Positions 1-8,009 of a stretch of 61,211 nt of DNA are shown one piece after another (within the stretch, counting starts at the first letter, position 1; every line of letters begins with the position of its first letter). Under the pieces are notes generated by a model. That model saw only the letters and a program-made list of their open reading frames with translations, ran no database searches and was not told the DNA's origin. Both the position numbers and the translations under genes were made by a program. Source of the DNA: an uncultured Candidatus Bathyarchaeia archaeon (lineage in GTDB: Archaea; Thermoproteota; Bathyarchaeia; Bathyarchaeales; DTEX01); contig CAZRIK010000001.1 of assembly GCA_964600125.1 (NCBI GenBank), forward strand, positions 5,412 to 66,622, given 5' to 3'.

Positions 1-63
1 TTGGCTATCTTGGCTATCTTGGCTATCTTGGCTATCTTGGCTATCTTGGCTATCTTGGCTATC
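1..63. repeat. Tandem repeat, 7 x 9 bp (TTGGCTATC)
   Basis: Read directly. The unit repeats head-to-tail 7 times from base 1, so the array may continue beyond the window edge. Confidence 0.95.
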
Positions 64-202
64 TCCTGTATTTCATCCATGCTCTGTCGCCTCACCACTT
101 CACCCTCCCGTACATACAGGCCCTGTCCATACAGGCGTATATACCCATGCATATACCTTGGTCTGTATATATGTGCATGGATGTGTGCAGCCTAGGCTAT
201 GT

Positions 203-231
203 GGTCGTGTGTATATACGGTCGTGTGTATA
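203..231. repeat. Direct repeat GGTCGTGTGTATA x2 (16-bp period)
   Basis: Copies at 203-215 and 219-231. Each runs into a GTATAYAC-type palindrome. Confidence 0.85.
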
Positions 232-278
232 CATATATACCCTTGCCAAGATGCCCCACCCCATGCCTATTTTTTTTG

Positions 279-311
279 TGGATGGGCCTTGGATGGGCCT
301 TGGATGGGCCT
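279..311. repeat. Tandem repeat, 3 x 11 bp (TGGATGGGCCT)
   Basis: Three perfect head-to-tail copies at 279-289, 290-300 and 301-311. Confidence 0.95.
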
Positions 312-465
312 AGCAAGAAGCGTGCCAAGCCTAGGGGTTTTTGTGCATATTTTGTCAACATCTGTCTAAACTTTGGTCACCTCATCCCAAAAGTGTCTAA
401 AAAAAAGTGGCCGACTGGCCAGAATCATTCTCAGAATTTTGGCTATTAAAAAAAATTAATTTTTC

Positions 466-494
466 TTGACTTTTCAATTTTTTTACTGTACAAC
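466..494 (+). promoter_or_regulatory. Candidate sigma70-like early promoter
   Basis: TTGACT (466-471), 17-bp spacer, TACAAC (489-494). An A/T-rich tract lies upstream (446-465). By-eye match only. Confidence 0.3.
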
Positions 495-545
495 TTCGAA
501 GCCACCGAAAGCACTCACATTTCTCACAGTTTTGGAGTTTTCCCC

Positions 546-731
546 ATGCCCAATCCCTCCCTGAGCCGCCAGTATTTCCCCTGTTTCTTCCGAGCCAGCC
601 CCAGCCCCGAGCCCGTGGAGGTGCGCGGGAATGAGGTATTGACTGTGCAGGCCGATGCCCGTGACCAGTGTATATACCAGCGCAAGGGTGAGGCGTGTAC
701 GACGTATGAAGGATTGGAGACAGGGAAATGA
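546..731 (+). CDS. Hypothetical small protein (61 aa), uncertain
   Basis: ORF with GGAG 8 nt upstream of the ATG. It lies in a locally GC-rich stretch (about 540-720) downstream of the candidate promoter. No recognisable motif. Confidence 0.3.
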   Translation: MPNPSLSRQYFPCFFRASPSPEPVEVRGNEVLTVQADARDQCIYQRKGEACTTYEGLETGK

Positions 732-897
732 ATGGCAAGAACTTTGGTGAAGGCTTAATTGTGACGGCTTGGATATGTGGGTTGGCTGCGTCAGGTGTAG
801 TATTGTTTGCCCATTTTGTGATGAATATGCCGTGGGCGAATGTGTTCCCGTGAGCGCCCCCGTACTGCAACAAATATTTGAGAAAAGGAATAATTCG

Positions 898-1140
898 ATG
901 ACCGTATATACAGAACATGACCTGGACAATATGTATGAAGATTACCTAGATGAATGTTACGGCGATGTGCTGGTAACTGGCTACAAATTCCCAACCAGCC
1001 AAGCATTGCGTAAGCTTGACCCTGTGGCATATCGATGTGGATTTGTTGATTGGCTTGACTGTGAATTGAGTGACGAAATCATTTTTGAGTGGGCAGACGG
1101 TAGCTACCATGATGAAAAACAGGAAGAAGAGGGGCAATAA
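898..1140 (+). CDS. Hypothetical protein (80 aa; ORF open from 769)
   Basis: ATG at 898 preceded by AAAAGGAA. The in-frame upstream extension from 769 carries CxxC-x3-CxxC, so the longer form is possible. Confidence 0.6.
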   Translation: MTVYTEHDLDNMYEDYLDECYGDVLVTGYKFPTSQALRKLDPVAYRCGFVDWLDCELSDEIIFEWADGSYHDEKQEEEGQ

Positions 1141-1141
1141 C

Positions 1142-1552
1142 ATGAAAAAATTCAGAACTTTCAAAAAACATGCAAGAAGCCTAGTCGTGACGGCAGAAAA
1201 AACGACAGTACACTATGAAAAACTAGATAGGGATAGTGGTCAACGTATCAATTGGTCGGAAGAAATCGACCCGATAGCTGTTCAGATTGAACAGACAAGG
1301 GAATTTACCTTTTCTTTTCAATGCCTATACTTTGACGGGTATGAAATGAAATTGTTGGAGAACGTGAAAAAATTCAGCATTTATCCGGTGTCAAACGACC
1401 ATACTTTGAAAGAAAAGCATGGTGAGGCGTTTGATGTTTCACTTGCTAGGCAAAGTCTGATAGCAGACTTTGGCAATGAGTCCCGTCTAATGCTGGATAC
1501 CTATTACCTAAACAAGCCGATCGTCCAACGTAGAAAAAAAGAAATGGTGTAA
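1142..1552 (+). CDS. Hypothetical protein (136 aa)
   Basis: ATG at 1142, 1 nt after the upstream stop (TAA 1138-1140). The track ORF 1070-1552 contains this start. Confidence 0.7.
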   Translation: MKKFRTFKKHARSLVVTAEKTTVHYEKLDRDSGQRINWSEEIDPIAVQIEQTREFTFSFQCLYFDGYEMKLLENVKKFSIYPVSNDHTLKEKHGEAFDVSLARQSLIADFGNESRLMLDTYYLNKPIVQRRKKEMV

Positions 1553-1637
1553 ACTACAACAAACAAACAAGTACACATTTATCTTCCTGTTTTTCATTTG
1601 GTAGATGGAGAAAACAGGGGAAAAAGGAGTTAAAGTC

Positions 1638-2633
1638 ATGGTAAAGAATATCGGTGAATTACGTTTCGGGTTGGAATTAGAGTGTCAGAGAGCGTATGGG
1701 TACGACAAAAATCACAGCTTTTATGATGACGAAGATGAAGAAATAGATGAAGATGCAACGCAAGCTGCAATTGATGAGTCCTATTACTATCTATGTAATG
1801 AGAGGCTTGATTGGGGATTGCCTACAAACATGTTCAATCGTCTGTTAGTAGAATGGGGAAAAGAATATCCTGAAAGATTCCCTGAATGGTACGAAGAAAA
1901 TCCTAGATTTTCTTACAGTGAATTCAATGACGAATTTGAAGAATGTGATGCTGTGACTGATTTCCTGCAAGAAAAGGCCGCCGAACATACTGATACTGTA
2001 TATTTTGAGCGTGAGAGAATTGACTTTGACAGATGGGTATCCGACCAATTGCCTGCAAAGGTATCCAATATTTGGTCGACTGATTCTGATGCATCGGTGA
2101 GTGGATGTGAGTTTGTGCTAGATGGCGGCGGCATTCCATATGATGGAACGATTGACGCAATTGGTATCATCACTGATGTAGAATTACAGATTGATAGTAA
2201 ATGCAGTTTTCACGTTCATGTGTCAGAAGAAAACAGACGTCACAAATATGGCCCAAGGTTCCAGTACCTCATGTGTAAATACATTGCTGATCGTCTATCT
2301 TCCTGTCCCACTGGATTGTTAGATAGATGGAATACAGAATGGCGTACTAGATATTACGCCTTTGCAAAATCAGACAAACGCATGAGTTTTGTAGCATATC
2401 GCTCGGAACATGAATCATGGGAATTTCGATGCTTTGGCAACGTATCCACAAAAGAAGATATGATTTTTTGTGTAAACATGGCGCGTGATGCCTATATGTA
2501 TGCGCGCAATAAGGTAGCCAGTGGATATGCGTACAATGAAAATTCTTGGCCATTGTTAGTGTCAAATTTTGAATCACGATTGACGGCAGAGATAGCCAAG
2601 CGTGAGCGTAAACAATTAAGAAAGGCGGCATAA
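1638..2633 (+). CDS. Amidoligase (COOH-NH2 ligase, glutamine-synthetase/GCS2-like fold; Amidoligase_2-type)
   Basis: AAGGAG 7 nt upstream of the ATG at 1638. Family-typical motifs are LRFGLELECQ (N-terminal ExE), SFHVHVSEE, and SWEFRCFGN followed by a helical tail. Confidence 0.72.
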   Translation: MVKNIGELRFGLELECQRAYGYDKNHSFYDDEDEEIDEDATQAAIDESYYYLCNERLDWGLPTNMFNRLLVEWGKEYPERFPEWYEENPRFSYSEFNDEFEECDAVTDFLQEKAAEHTDTVYFERERIDFDRWVSDQLPAKVSNIWSTDSDASVSGCEFVLDGGGIPYDGTIDAIGIITDVELQIDSKCSFHVHVSEENRRHKYGPRFQYLMCKYIADRLSSCPTGLLDRWNTEWRTRYYAFAKSDKRMSFVAYRSEHESWEFRCFGNVSTKEDMIFCVNMARDAYMYARNKVASGYAYNENSWPLLVSNFESRLTAEIAKRERKQLRKAA

Positions 2634-2634
2634 T

Positions 2635-2994
2635 ATGCGTGATGAATCTGTGAAAATAACGTTAATTACAAAAAAAATAAAGCCGAGAGTACGGTCTGCA
2701 GCTACAACAAAAACATATCAAGTTCGGGTAAATCTTACTGGTGAAACGTGGGAAAAGTTGGACAAATTGGCTGAATTTGCTGAGATACGCACAGGACAAA
2801 AGTTACTAGAGGTCCGTGTGAAAAATTGGATAGATGCAGGATGCCCATTGTCTGAAGAAATAACAAAGAAACGTACAAATAGGGAGCATCGTGCGTTGGT
2901 GTTTTCAGTCAACCAACGTGAGGCGTTGAAGGAATTCTTGCTTGACAATGATATGTTTGTACAGGATTTGATGCAAAACTTTGCTGAAATTTGA
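2635..2994 (+). CDS. Hypothetical protein (119 aa) between the amidoligase and the GATase
   Basis: ORF starts 2 nt after the amidoligase stop. Its stop lies in the GACAGGAAAATAA motif that precedes the next gene. Confidence 0.7.
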   Translation: MRDESVKITLITKKIKPRVRSAATTKTYQVRVNLTGETWEKLDKLAEFAEIRTGQKLLEVRVKNWIDAGCPLSEEITKKRTNREHRALVFSVNQREALKEFLLDNDMFVQDLMQNFAEI

Positions 2995-3009
2995 GACAGG
3001 AAAATAAAT

Positions 3010-3738
3010 ATGTGTACAATTATGACGGTCGACAGAGACACATTTGAAGCAAATAAGACAGAATATCTCTCACGGATTGCGGCAGATGAATTAGGTAATC
3101 CACACGGCATTGCAATCATGATGTATTCGTACAAGCATGGCATGATAAAACTAGAGGCAAATGCGTTTCAGGCTGGTTTACTTTCCTGTGACTGGGATAG
3201 AGTTTGGTTGCATTGTCGGTATGGTACGACAGAAACAGACGGCATATATGGATGCCATAACTTTGCCAGCGGTGATGGTTGGTATATACAGCACAATGGT
3301 ATGGTACGTTGTGGTGACGGGTTGCCCGTGGATAGTATGGCGATTGCCCAATTAGTTAAGCTGTTAGGCCCACAAGATGCCCTGAAATCGCTTGAAAGAA
3401 CAGGAGAAACATACGCCAACACGTTCATTGTGAATGAGTATGGCGAGTATTATGTAGGTCGACTCACGTCTGGCACCCTATTCACAGACGGCAAAGGGAA
3501 CTATTCAAGCAAGCAAGTAGCTACCATTGTTTCCCCTGTCGCAACGAATAGCATTGCAGAATATACGACAGTGAATCATTCAAAACTACCCGAAAAGATA
3601 TTGACTGTGGCAGTAAAATTGGCAGAAAAAGGCATATTCCATACGTCTGAATGCAATGAAAAGACCCGTAAAAAACTCCAAGCAAACTTCAGTGAACTTG
3701 AGCTTGAACGTCTGAATGACTACCTTGCTGGCTTCTGA
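3010..3738 (+). CDS. Class-II (Ntn-type) glutamine amidotransferase-like protein
   Basis: Starts with Met-Cys (MCTIM...), the N-terminal nucleophile position. LHCRYGTTETDGIYGCHNF...WYIQHNGMV matches the GATase-II pattern R-x-x-T-x-G...hPF...HNG. Confidence 0.7.
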   Translation: MCTIMTVDRDTFEANKTEYLSRIAADELGNPHGIAIMMYSYKHGMIKLEANAFQAGLLSCDWDRVWLHCRYGTTETDGIYGCHNFASGDGWYIQHNGMVRCGDGLPVDSMAIAQLVKLLGPQDALKSLERTGETYANTFIVNEYGEYYVGRLTSGTLFTDGKGNYSSKQVATIVSPVATNSIAEYTTVNHSKLPEKILTVAVKLAEKGIFHTSECNEKTRKKLQANFSELELERLNDYLAGF

Positions 3739-3832
3739 CCTGCTACAACAAAATTTTGACCCTTTTTCGTGTACAAATTTGTACTTCTGATGTAAAGTGC
3801 AAATATCCGATAGCTAGAAAAACAGGGGAAAT

Positions 3833-4828
3833 ATGAGCAATCCACCGCTGAACGTAAGAATTGATTGGGCATACCTACTGGCGGATATTTGTATCCGGTA
3901 CGACCAAGAGGTTGCCGTGTTGCTACCTTCAAGGGCAAGCCTGATACGTTTCTTGCACGATCCCCAATATGCTGTGGATGTTCTAAAAGCGACAAATAGG
4001 CAGATCCTTTGGGCGTGTGTTTGTCATGATATTTGGAATTACTTGAAAATACCCTTTTCTACCCTGAACAAATGGCGTGTTGGAGGACACAACCAGACGG
4101 AACTAGACAGTTTTGAATCGCTTTATTGTTATGACCAGAAACCCATCAAAAGAGGCGGGAAGATATATGAAAAAGATTGCATTGATCCAAGCTGGATCGT
4201 TTCAAATATTCAACAGTGTAAAAGCTTTTCTGATGTTGCATGGATACTCGACAGAAAAAGGAAAGATATCGACAGAATTTCGGAAAGCATTCCGAGAGTT
4301 CAATTGTGTGGAGTCCCAAGCGGTATGCAGCAGCAGGGCACAGTTGGAGTACCTGAGCCAATCGGCGCTCTTTACAGGGAAAAACTTGGCAAGAAACTGC
4401 CTACAAGAATGGGATCTTTTGAGCAGTGTATCGGGTTCATCAAGCAGACCTTCAGACAGATAGATTACCATGCTGACCCAGTAGACAGGCCCGTGGTCAA
4501 GGAAAACAGGGGAAAAATAGTCCCTACTGATATTGCCATGCGTGACGTGAACACCTACTGGGAACGTGCCCCATTCAAGCTGGGTTTTGTGACAGAGAAT
4601 ACTGCGTTTGCAAAGACCTTCGACAAGATTGGCAAGAAGCCATTTATTATGTTGGCACACGCATTATCTGTAAGTAGGCGAGCACAGGCAATCATTTATC
4701 TTCCTGTTTCAAATATCTGGTTCAGTGATATTCACTTTTCTACGTTCATATTTTTCTTAAATTATACCCCAACTGATGCGGAAAAAAAGTGCCTACTACA
4801 ACGTGGTTTTTTGTATAAGAAAGAGTGA
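3833..4828 (+). CDS. Hypothetical protein (331 aa)
   Basis: ACAGGGGAA motif RBS at 3822-3830, ATG at 3833. The C-terminal ~55 aa look low-complexity but no stop occurs earlier. Confidence 0.65.
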   Translation: MSNPPLNVRIDWAYLLADICIRYDQEVAVLLPSRASLIRFLHDPQYAVDVLKATNRQILWACVCHDIWNYLKIPFSTLNKWRVGGHNQTELDSFESLYCYDQKPIKRGGKIYEKDCIDPSWIVSNIQQCKSFSDVAWILDRKRKDIDRISESIPRVQLCGVPSGMQQQGTVGVPEPIGALYREKLGKKLPTRMGSFEQCIGFIKQTFRQIDYHADPVDRPVVKENRGKIVPTDIAMRDVNTYWERAPFKLGFVTENTAFAKTFDKIGKKPFIMLAHALSVSRRAQAIIYLPVSNIWFSDIHFSTFIFFLNYTPTDAEKKCLLQRGFLYKKE

Positions 4829-5193
4829 TTATGTATGTATTTTTCAGAAACAATAGCTTCAACCCATGGGAGTTCCTTGGGTATCAAAAAGAAACGACCA
4901 CAAAGAACAACCTTGTGGAAGCTTTCAACGGTTATTATTGGTGGCCGAAACAATCAATCGTTACAAAATGCACTATTCACACAATATATATGATAATAAA
5001 GACGCATACAGGTAAAGAGTTCGTGGCCATATCCCATCGTGACCTAATCGTGCTGAAACAAATAGGTGCATACATGCCCATTGATTCATTAGGTTTCTAC
5101 ATCAACACAAACAGGGGAAAAATATGGTCAAGAAGCTCGGTAGAATTAAAAGACCTACGTTATGCGAAAATAGACGACAGCTTAGAGGAGTAG
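4825..5193 (+). CDS. Hypothetical protein (122 aa)
   Basis: ATGA-type overlap with the upstream stop. AAGAGTGA lies upstream of the ATG. Confidence 0.5.
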   Translation: MIMYVFFRNNSFNPWEFLGYQKETTTKNNLVEAFNGYYWWPKQSIVTKCTIHTIYMIIKTHTGKEFVAISHRDLIVLKQIGAYMPIDSLGFYINTNRGKIWSRSSVELKDLRYAKIDDSLEE

Positions 5194-5312
5194 TTTTCTA
5201 TGACAAGACAGGTTGGATTTATCCCGATTTGCAGGATGTGGCAAAAGTTAGCCTACTCTCGAAGGATGCGGGCAATGTTCTTTCTAGCGGCAAAAAGATC
5301 ACCGACAATTGA
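5124..5312 (+). CDS. Hypothetical protein (62 aa), overlaps the 3' end of the previous ORF
   Basis: ACAGGGGAAAAAT motif lies directly upstream of the ATG at 5124. The sequence looks protein-like, but the 70-nt overlap with 4825-5193 leaves one of the two in doubt. Confidence 0.35.
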   Translation: MVKKLGRIKRPTLCENRRQLRGVVFYDKTGWIYPDLQDVAKVSLLSKDAGNVLSSGKKITDN

Positions 5313-5405
5313 TGCAACGCTTAGTTATTTGCAATGCCGTAATCACTTCACGACAGAAATGCGTACATGTATTAGGGATATCCGATCTATGCGACAGGAG
5401 AATAA

Positions 5406-5639
5406 ATGACTACCTGTAAGTTCCCTGTCTCAAATATCGATTGGATGACCCTAGCAACTGCAGGAAAAACATATGCAGAATTGGTTGTAGAGTTAGGCAT
5501 ACCACGCTGGAAACTAATGGTGCTGGCCAATGGTGAGGACAAGCCTGCTGCAGTGAAATTAGGTATGAATGGTATCTTAAAATCAAGGAAAAACTCTAGG
5601 TTTAATAGGATACCAAAGAGCAAGAAAGGTATCGTATGA
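5406..5639 (+). CDS. Small putative HTH DNA-binding protein (77 aa)
   Basis: GACAGGAGAATAA motif RBS. KTYAELVVELGIPRWKLMVLA is an HTH-like segment, and the C-terminus is basic. Confidence 0.5.
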   Translation: MTTCKFPVSNIDWMTLATAGKTYAELVVELGIPRWKLMVLANGEDKPAAVKLGMNGILKSRKNSRFNRIPKSKKGIV

Positions 5640-5962
5640 GTACGGGTATGAAAATGCGAAGGGTGATACCTAGCTATGAGAAAATCGTTGAGTACTTTCA
5701 GATCGTAGACGGACAATTCGTATGGAAAATCAACAGGAACAGTATAGTCAAGGCTGGTATGCAAGCTGGCAGTATGAAGAAACATGGTAGAACTTCTGTG
5801 CTAATTATTGACAATGTTGTTTACTCCAGTGCTAGTGTGGCGTACTCGTATTGGTATGGAATACCTCCAACAAAAAGAGTGACGTTTGTGAATGGTGTTC
5901 GTACAGATTTTAGAAAAGAGAATATACAATTGGAGGGGATTCATCGTGAAGTTAGAGTGTAG
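5636..5962 (+). CDS. HNH-endonuclease-like protein with degenerate catalytic motif
   Basis: ATGA overlap with the upstream gene. The pattern GR.SVLIIDNVVYSSASVAYSYWYG...VTFVNGVRTDFRKENIQL resembles phage HNH_3 proteins (..HRl.w....vdHiNgd..DNR..NL), but the His and Asn positions are substituted. Confidence 0.45.
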   Translation: MSTGMKMRRVIPSYEKIVEYFQIVDGQFVWKINRNSIVKAGMQAGSMKKHGRTSVLIIDNVVYSSASVAYSYWYGIPPTKRVTFVNGVRTDFRKENIQLEGIHREVRV

Positions 5963-6149
5963 TGAGATAAATTGTTCTGAGGATAGTTGCCTATATTTAT
6001 GTGATGTGTGTGATGATACTATTTGTGAAAGTCATAGGCATCGGGCAGATTTTAATGACGACAAAGATAGTCCACAGAAGTACATACCTAACAAAAATGG
6101 TGAGCATGACCTATGTGGTTACTGCTTAGAGGAAAAGAGACAGTCATGA
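5946..6149 (+). CDS. Cys-rich small protein, putative zinc-binding (67 aa)
   Basis: GGAGGGG 7 nt upstream of the GTG at 5946. Contains several CxxC-like pairs (CSEINCSEDSCLYLCDVCDDTIC...CGYC). Confidence 0.5.
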   Translation: MKLECSEINCSEDSCLYLCDVCDDTICESHRHRADFNDDKDSPQKYIPNKNGEHDLCGYCLEEKRQS

Positions 6150-6424
6150 AAAGCTATGTTACTTATCCTGTTCGTATGAAAAATGATGAGATAGAGTACA
6201 TAAAAAACACACTGAAAATGTTGCCGCTTCACTTCATCCATGAGGCCATTCAGAAACATCTTACAGACAAGCTCAAACCCATAAAAAAAGAAAGAGATGT
6301 TGTGTTACGGCCCCATAAACATGAGGCTGTGATAACGCCAATATTCAGGGGTGTGTTCACTACTACAACACTGCACCTCACAGAAGAACAAGAGAGACAA
6401 ATTGAATTGGAGGAACAGGAGTAA
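6146..6424 (+). CDS. Hypothetical protein (92 aa)
   Basis: ATGA start/stop overlap with the upstream gene at 6146-6149. Confidence 0.6.
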   Translation: MKSYVTYPVRMKNDEIEYIKNTLKMLPLHFIHEAIQKHLTDKLKPIKKERDVVLRPHKHEAVITPIFRGVFTTTTLHLTEEQERQIELEEQE

Positions 6425-6425
6425 C

Positions 6426-6827
6426 ATGATGATTTTCATAATAGTTTTCATCGTGTTAGTGGCTTTCGCTGGTGTAATTCTTCTCCCAGTTTTCTTCTCT
6501 GAGAAAAAAATGAAAACTCAACTAAAAGACTTATGTGAAATGAAAGAGGAGCGCAAACCAACTAAAACTGTTTTCTCCCTGTATCTATCAGACAATCCCA
6601 TGCACGCACCAAGAGTGATTGAATATGAGGATAGGTTAACTTACATGGGATGCGATGAGCTCATATTACTTTCTGGAGATAGTCACTGGTTTACAAGACA
6701 ACTGAAAGATGATTCGGTGAATTTTGTGCAGTTACCTACTGATAATGGGATAGTGTATTTGAACAAGAGAGTCATTCACTATTTTACACTTGAAGTGAGA
6801 GAAATACAAGCAGAGACAGGAGAATAA
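6426..6827 (+). CDS. Membrane-anchored hypothetical protein (133 aa)
   Basis: ATG at 6426 right after the upstream stop. The N-terminal hydrophobic helix is MMIFIIVFIVLVAFAGVILLPVFF. Confidence 0.65.
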   Translation: MMIFIIVFIVLVAFAGVILLPVFFSEKKMKTQLKDLCEMKEERKPTKTVFSLYLSDNPMHAPRVIEYEDRLTYMGCDELILLSGDSHWFTRQLKDDSVNFVQLPTDNGIVYLNKRVIHYFTLEVREIQAETGE

Positions 6828-6828
6828 C

Positions 6829-7095
6829 ATGTACGAAGCATACGATTTTCACACACAACCTTGCAAGAAATGTGGTGAGATCACAAAATATGAACAATGC
6901 TCTCACTGTGGTTGGGATCATTATGGTAACAAATATGGTATAGATTATGATATTGAGAACTGCAAAAGCAACCTATCTTTCATGTTGAGGGAGATAAGAG
7001 AGCATACAAAAGAAGCAGAAAAATGGTCAAGGAAACTTGAAAAGGCATTAAATAATAAGATGGCTGGTAAGATGAAAGCTATGGAGAAGGAATAA
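6829..7095 (+). CDS. Zinc-ribbon protein (88 aa)
   Basis: GAGACAGGAGAATAA motif RBS. CKKCGE..(10)..CSHCG zinc ribbon. Confidence 0.65.
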   Translation: MYEAYDFHTQPCKKCGEITKYEQCSHCGWDHYGNKYGIDYDIENCKSNLSFMLREIREHTKEAEKWSRKLEKALNNKMAGKMKAMEKE

Positions 7096-7100
7096 TAGAA

Positions 7101-7607
7101 ATGAAAACACCACAGAGCATATATGACAGAATTAAAGTAACAAACAATTTGAAAATGTTAAACAACTTCTTCTATCTCGTGAATGCAGACATAGTGGCGA
7201 GGCAAGAGGCAGATAGTTTGAATGAACACATCCTCAAACTCAAGAACGACTTAAACGAACAAGAATTTGGCCCTGTCTTAAAAGAGCATGAGGAATTGAT
7301 AGTATCCTTGGAGAAGAAAATACAAAACATCCTCTCCCAAAAACCAGAAAGATTCCTTGGCGTATTTACTGACAAGAAAGGAGCCATAATTGTACAAGAG
7401 CAAGAAGAAGCTTGGAAGTTCGGCCCCATTGTGTATATGTCTTCACCTAAACCAATCACTTTTGAAGACTTGATGACACGTCCAAAATTTCCTCCTGATT
7501 TTGACAAGACAGTTTACGAATTGAAACAAGTGGAGATACTCTTAAATCCTGGTAAAATAGCCACACTCGTACACATATATGAAGAGAAAGGGAGTACAGA
7601 CGTATGA
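7101..7607 (+). CDS. Hypothetical protein (168 aa)
   Basis: Clean ORF whose stop overlaps the dUTPase start. Confidence 0.7.
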   Translation: MKTPQSIYDRIKVTNNLKMLNNFFYLVNADIVARQEADSLNEHILKLKNDLNEQEFGPVLKEHEELIVSLEKKIQNILSQKPERFLGVFTDKKGAIIVQEQEEAWKFGPIVYMSSPKPITFEDLMTRPKFPPDFDKTVYELKQVEILLNPGKIATLVHIYEEKGSTDV

Positions 7608-8008
7608 AACTAAACCAAATAGTCACCTACGCAACCAAAGGCAGTGCTGGCTTTGATATTGTCGCAGACGAAACCATTGTCATCAAACAAAGACATACTG
7701 CGAAAATCAAGACCACTCTTCGTATTGTTTCTGCAGAACAGGGAGAATATGTGTCCATACTCCCAAGGTCTAGCCTTTCTTCCAAGGGTATCCTTGCAGT
7801 GGATGGGACAATTGATGGGGATTATGAAGGGCTTTGGTCGGTGGTAATCCTCAACACAACAGGGGATATATACAAGATTCACGCTGGTGATCGAATTGCA
7901 CAAGGGATTTTGAGGAGGTTCAACTACATCGAAGGTGCACATGTGGCTGATCGTATTCGGGGTCAAGGCGCATTTGGTAGCACTGACCAAGTGAAACAGG
8001 AGAAATAA
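7604..8008 (+). CDS. dut: dUTP pyrophosphatase (trimeric dUTPase)
   Basis: All five dUTPase motifs are present: GSAGFDI, PRSSLSSKG, GTIDGDYEG, GDRIAQ and RGQGAFGST. Confidence 0.92.
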   Translation: MKLNQIVTYATKGSAGFDIVADETIVIKQRHTAKIKTTLRIVSAEQGEYVSILPRSSLSSKGILAVDGTIDGDYEGLWSVVILNTTGDIYKIHAGDRIAQGILRRFNYIEGAHVADRIRGQGAFGSTDQVKQEK

Positions 8009-8009
8009 G

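Noticed and set aside
1-63. Possible CRISPR array
   Set aside because: The repeats are 9 bp and strictly head-to-tail, with no spacers. No cas genes or leader-like context are present. This is a simple tandem repeat.
1-195. Track ORF encoding MAILAILAILAIL...
   Set aside because: It is simply the translation of the 9-bp tandem repeat (3 codons per unit), running into low-complexity sequence. It has no RBS and no protein-like features.
397-929. Two overlapping minus-strand ORFs (173 and 148 aa) in the leader region
   Set aside because: They are mutually overlapping and rich in His/Cys/Pro/Gly, and I found no RBS. They run antisense to the direction of all neighbouring genes and are most likely chance ORFs in non-coding DNA.
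5200-5409. 69-aa plus-strand ORF
   Set aside because: The sequence is Arg/Cys/Met-rich and odd, with no RBS. It overlaps the better-supported ORF 5124-5312, which has a motif RBS. It is kept only as a remote alternative.
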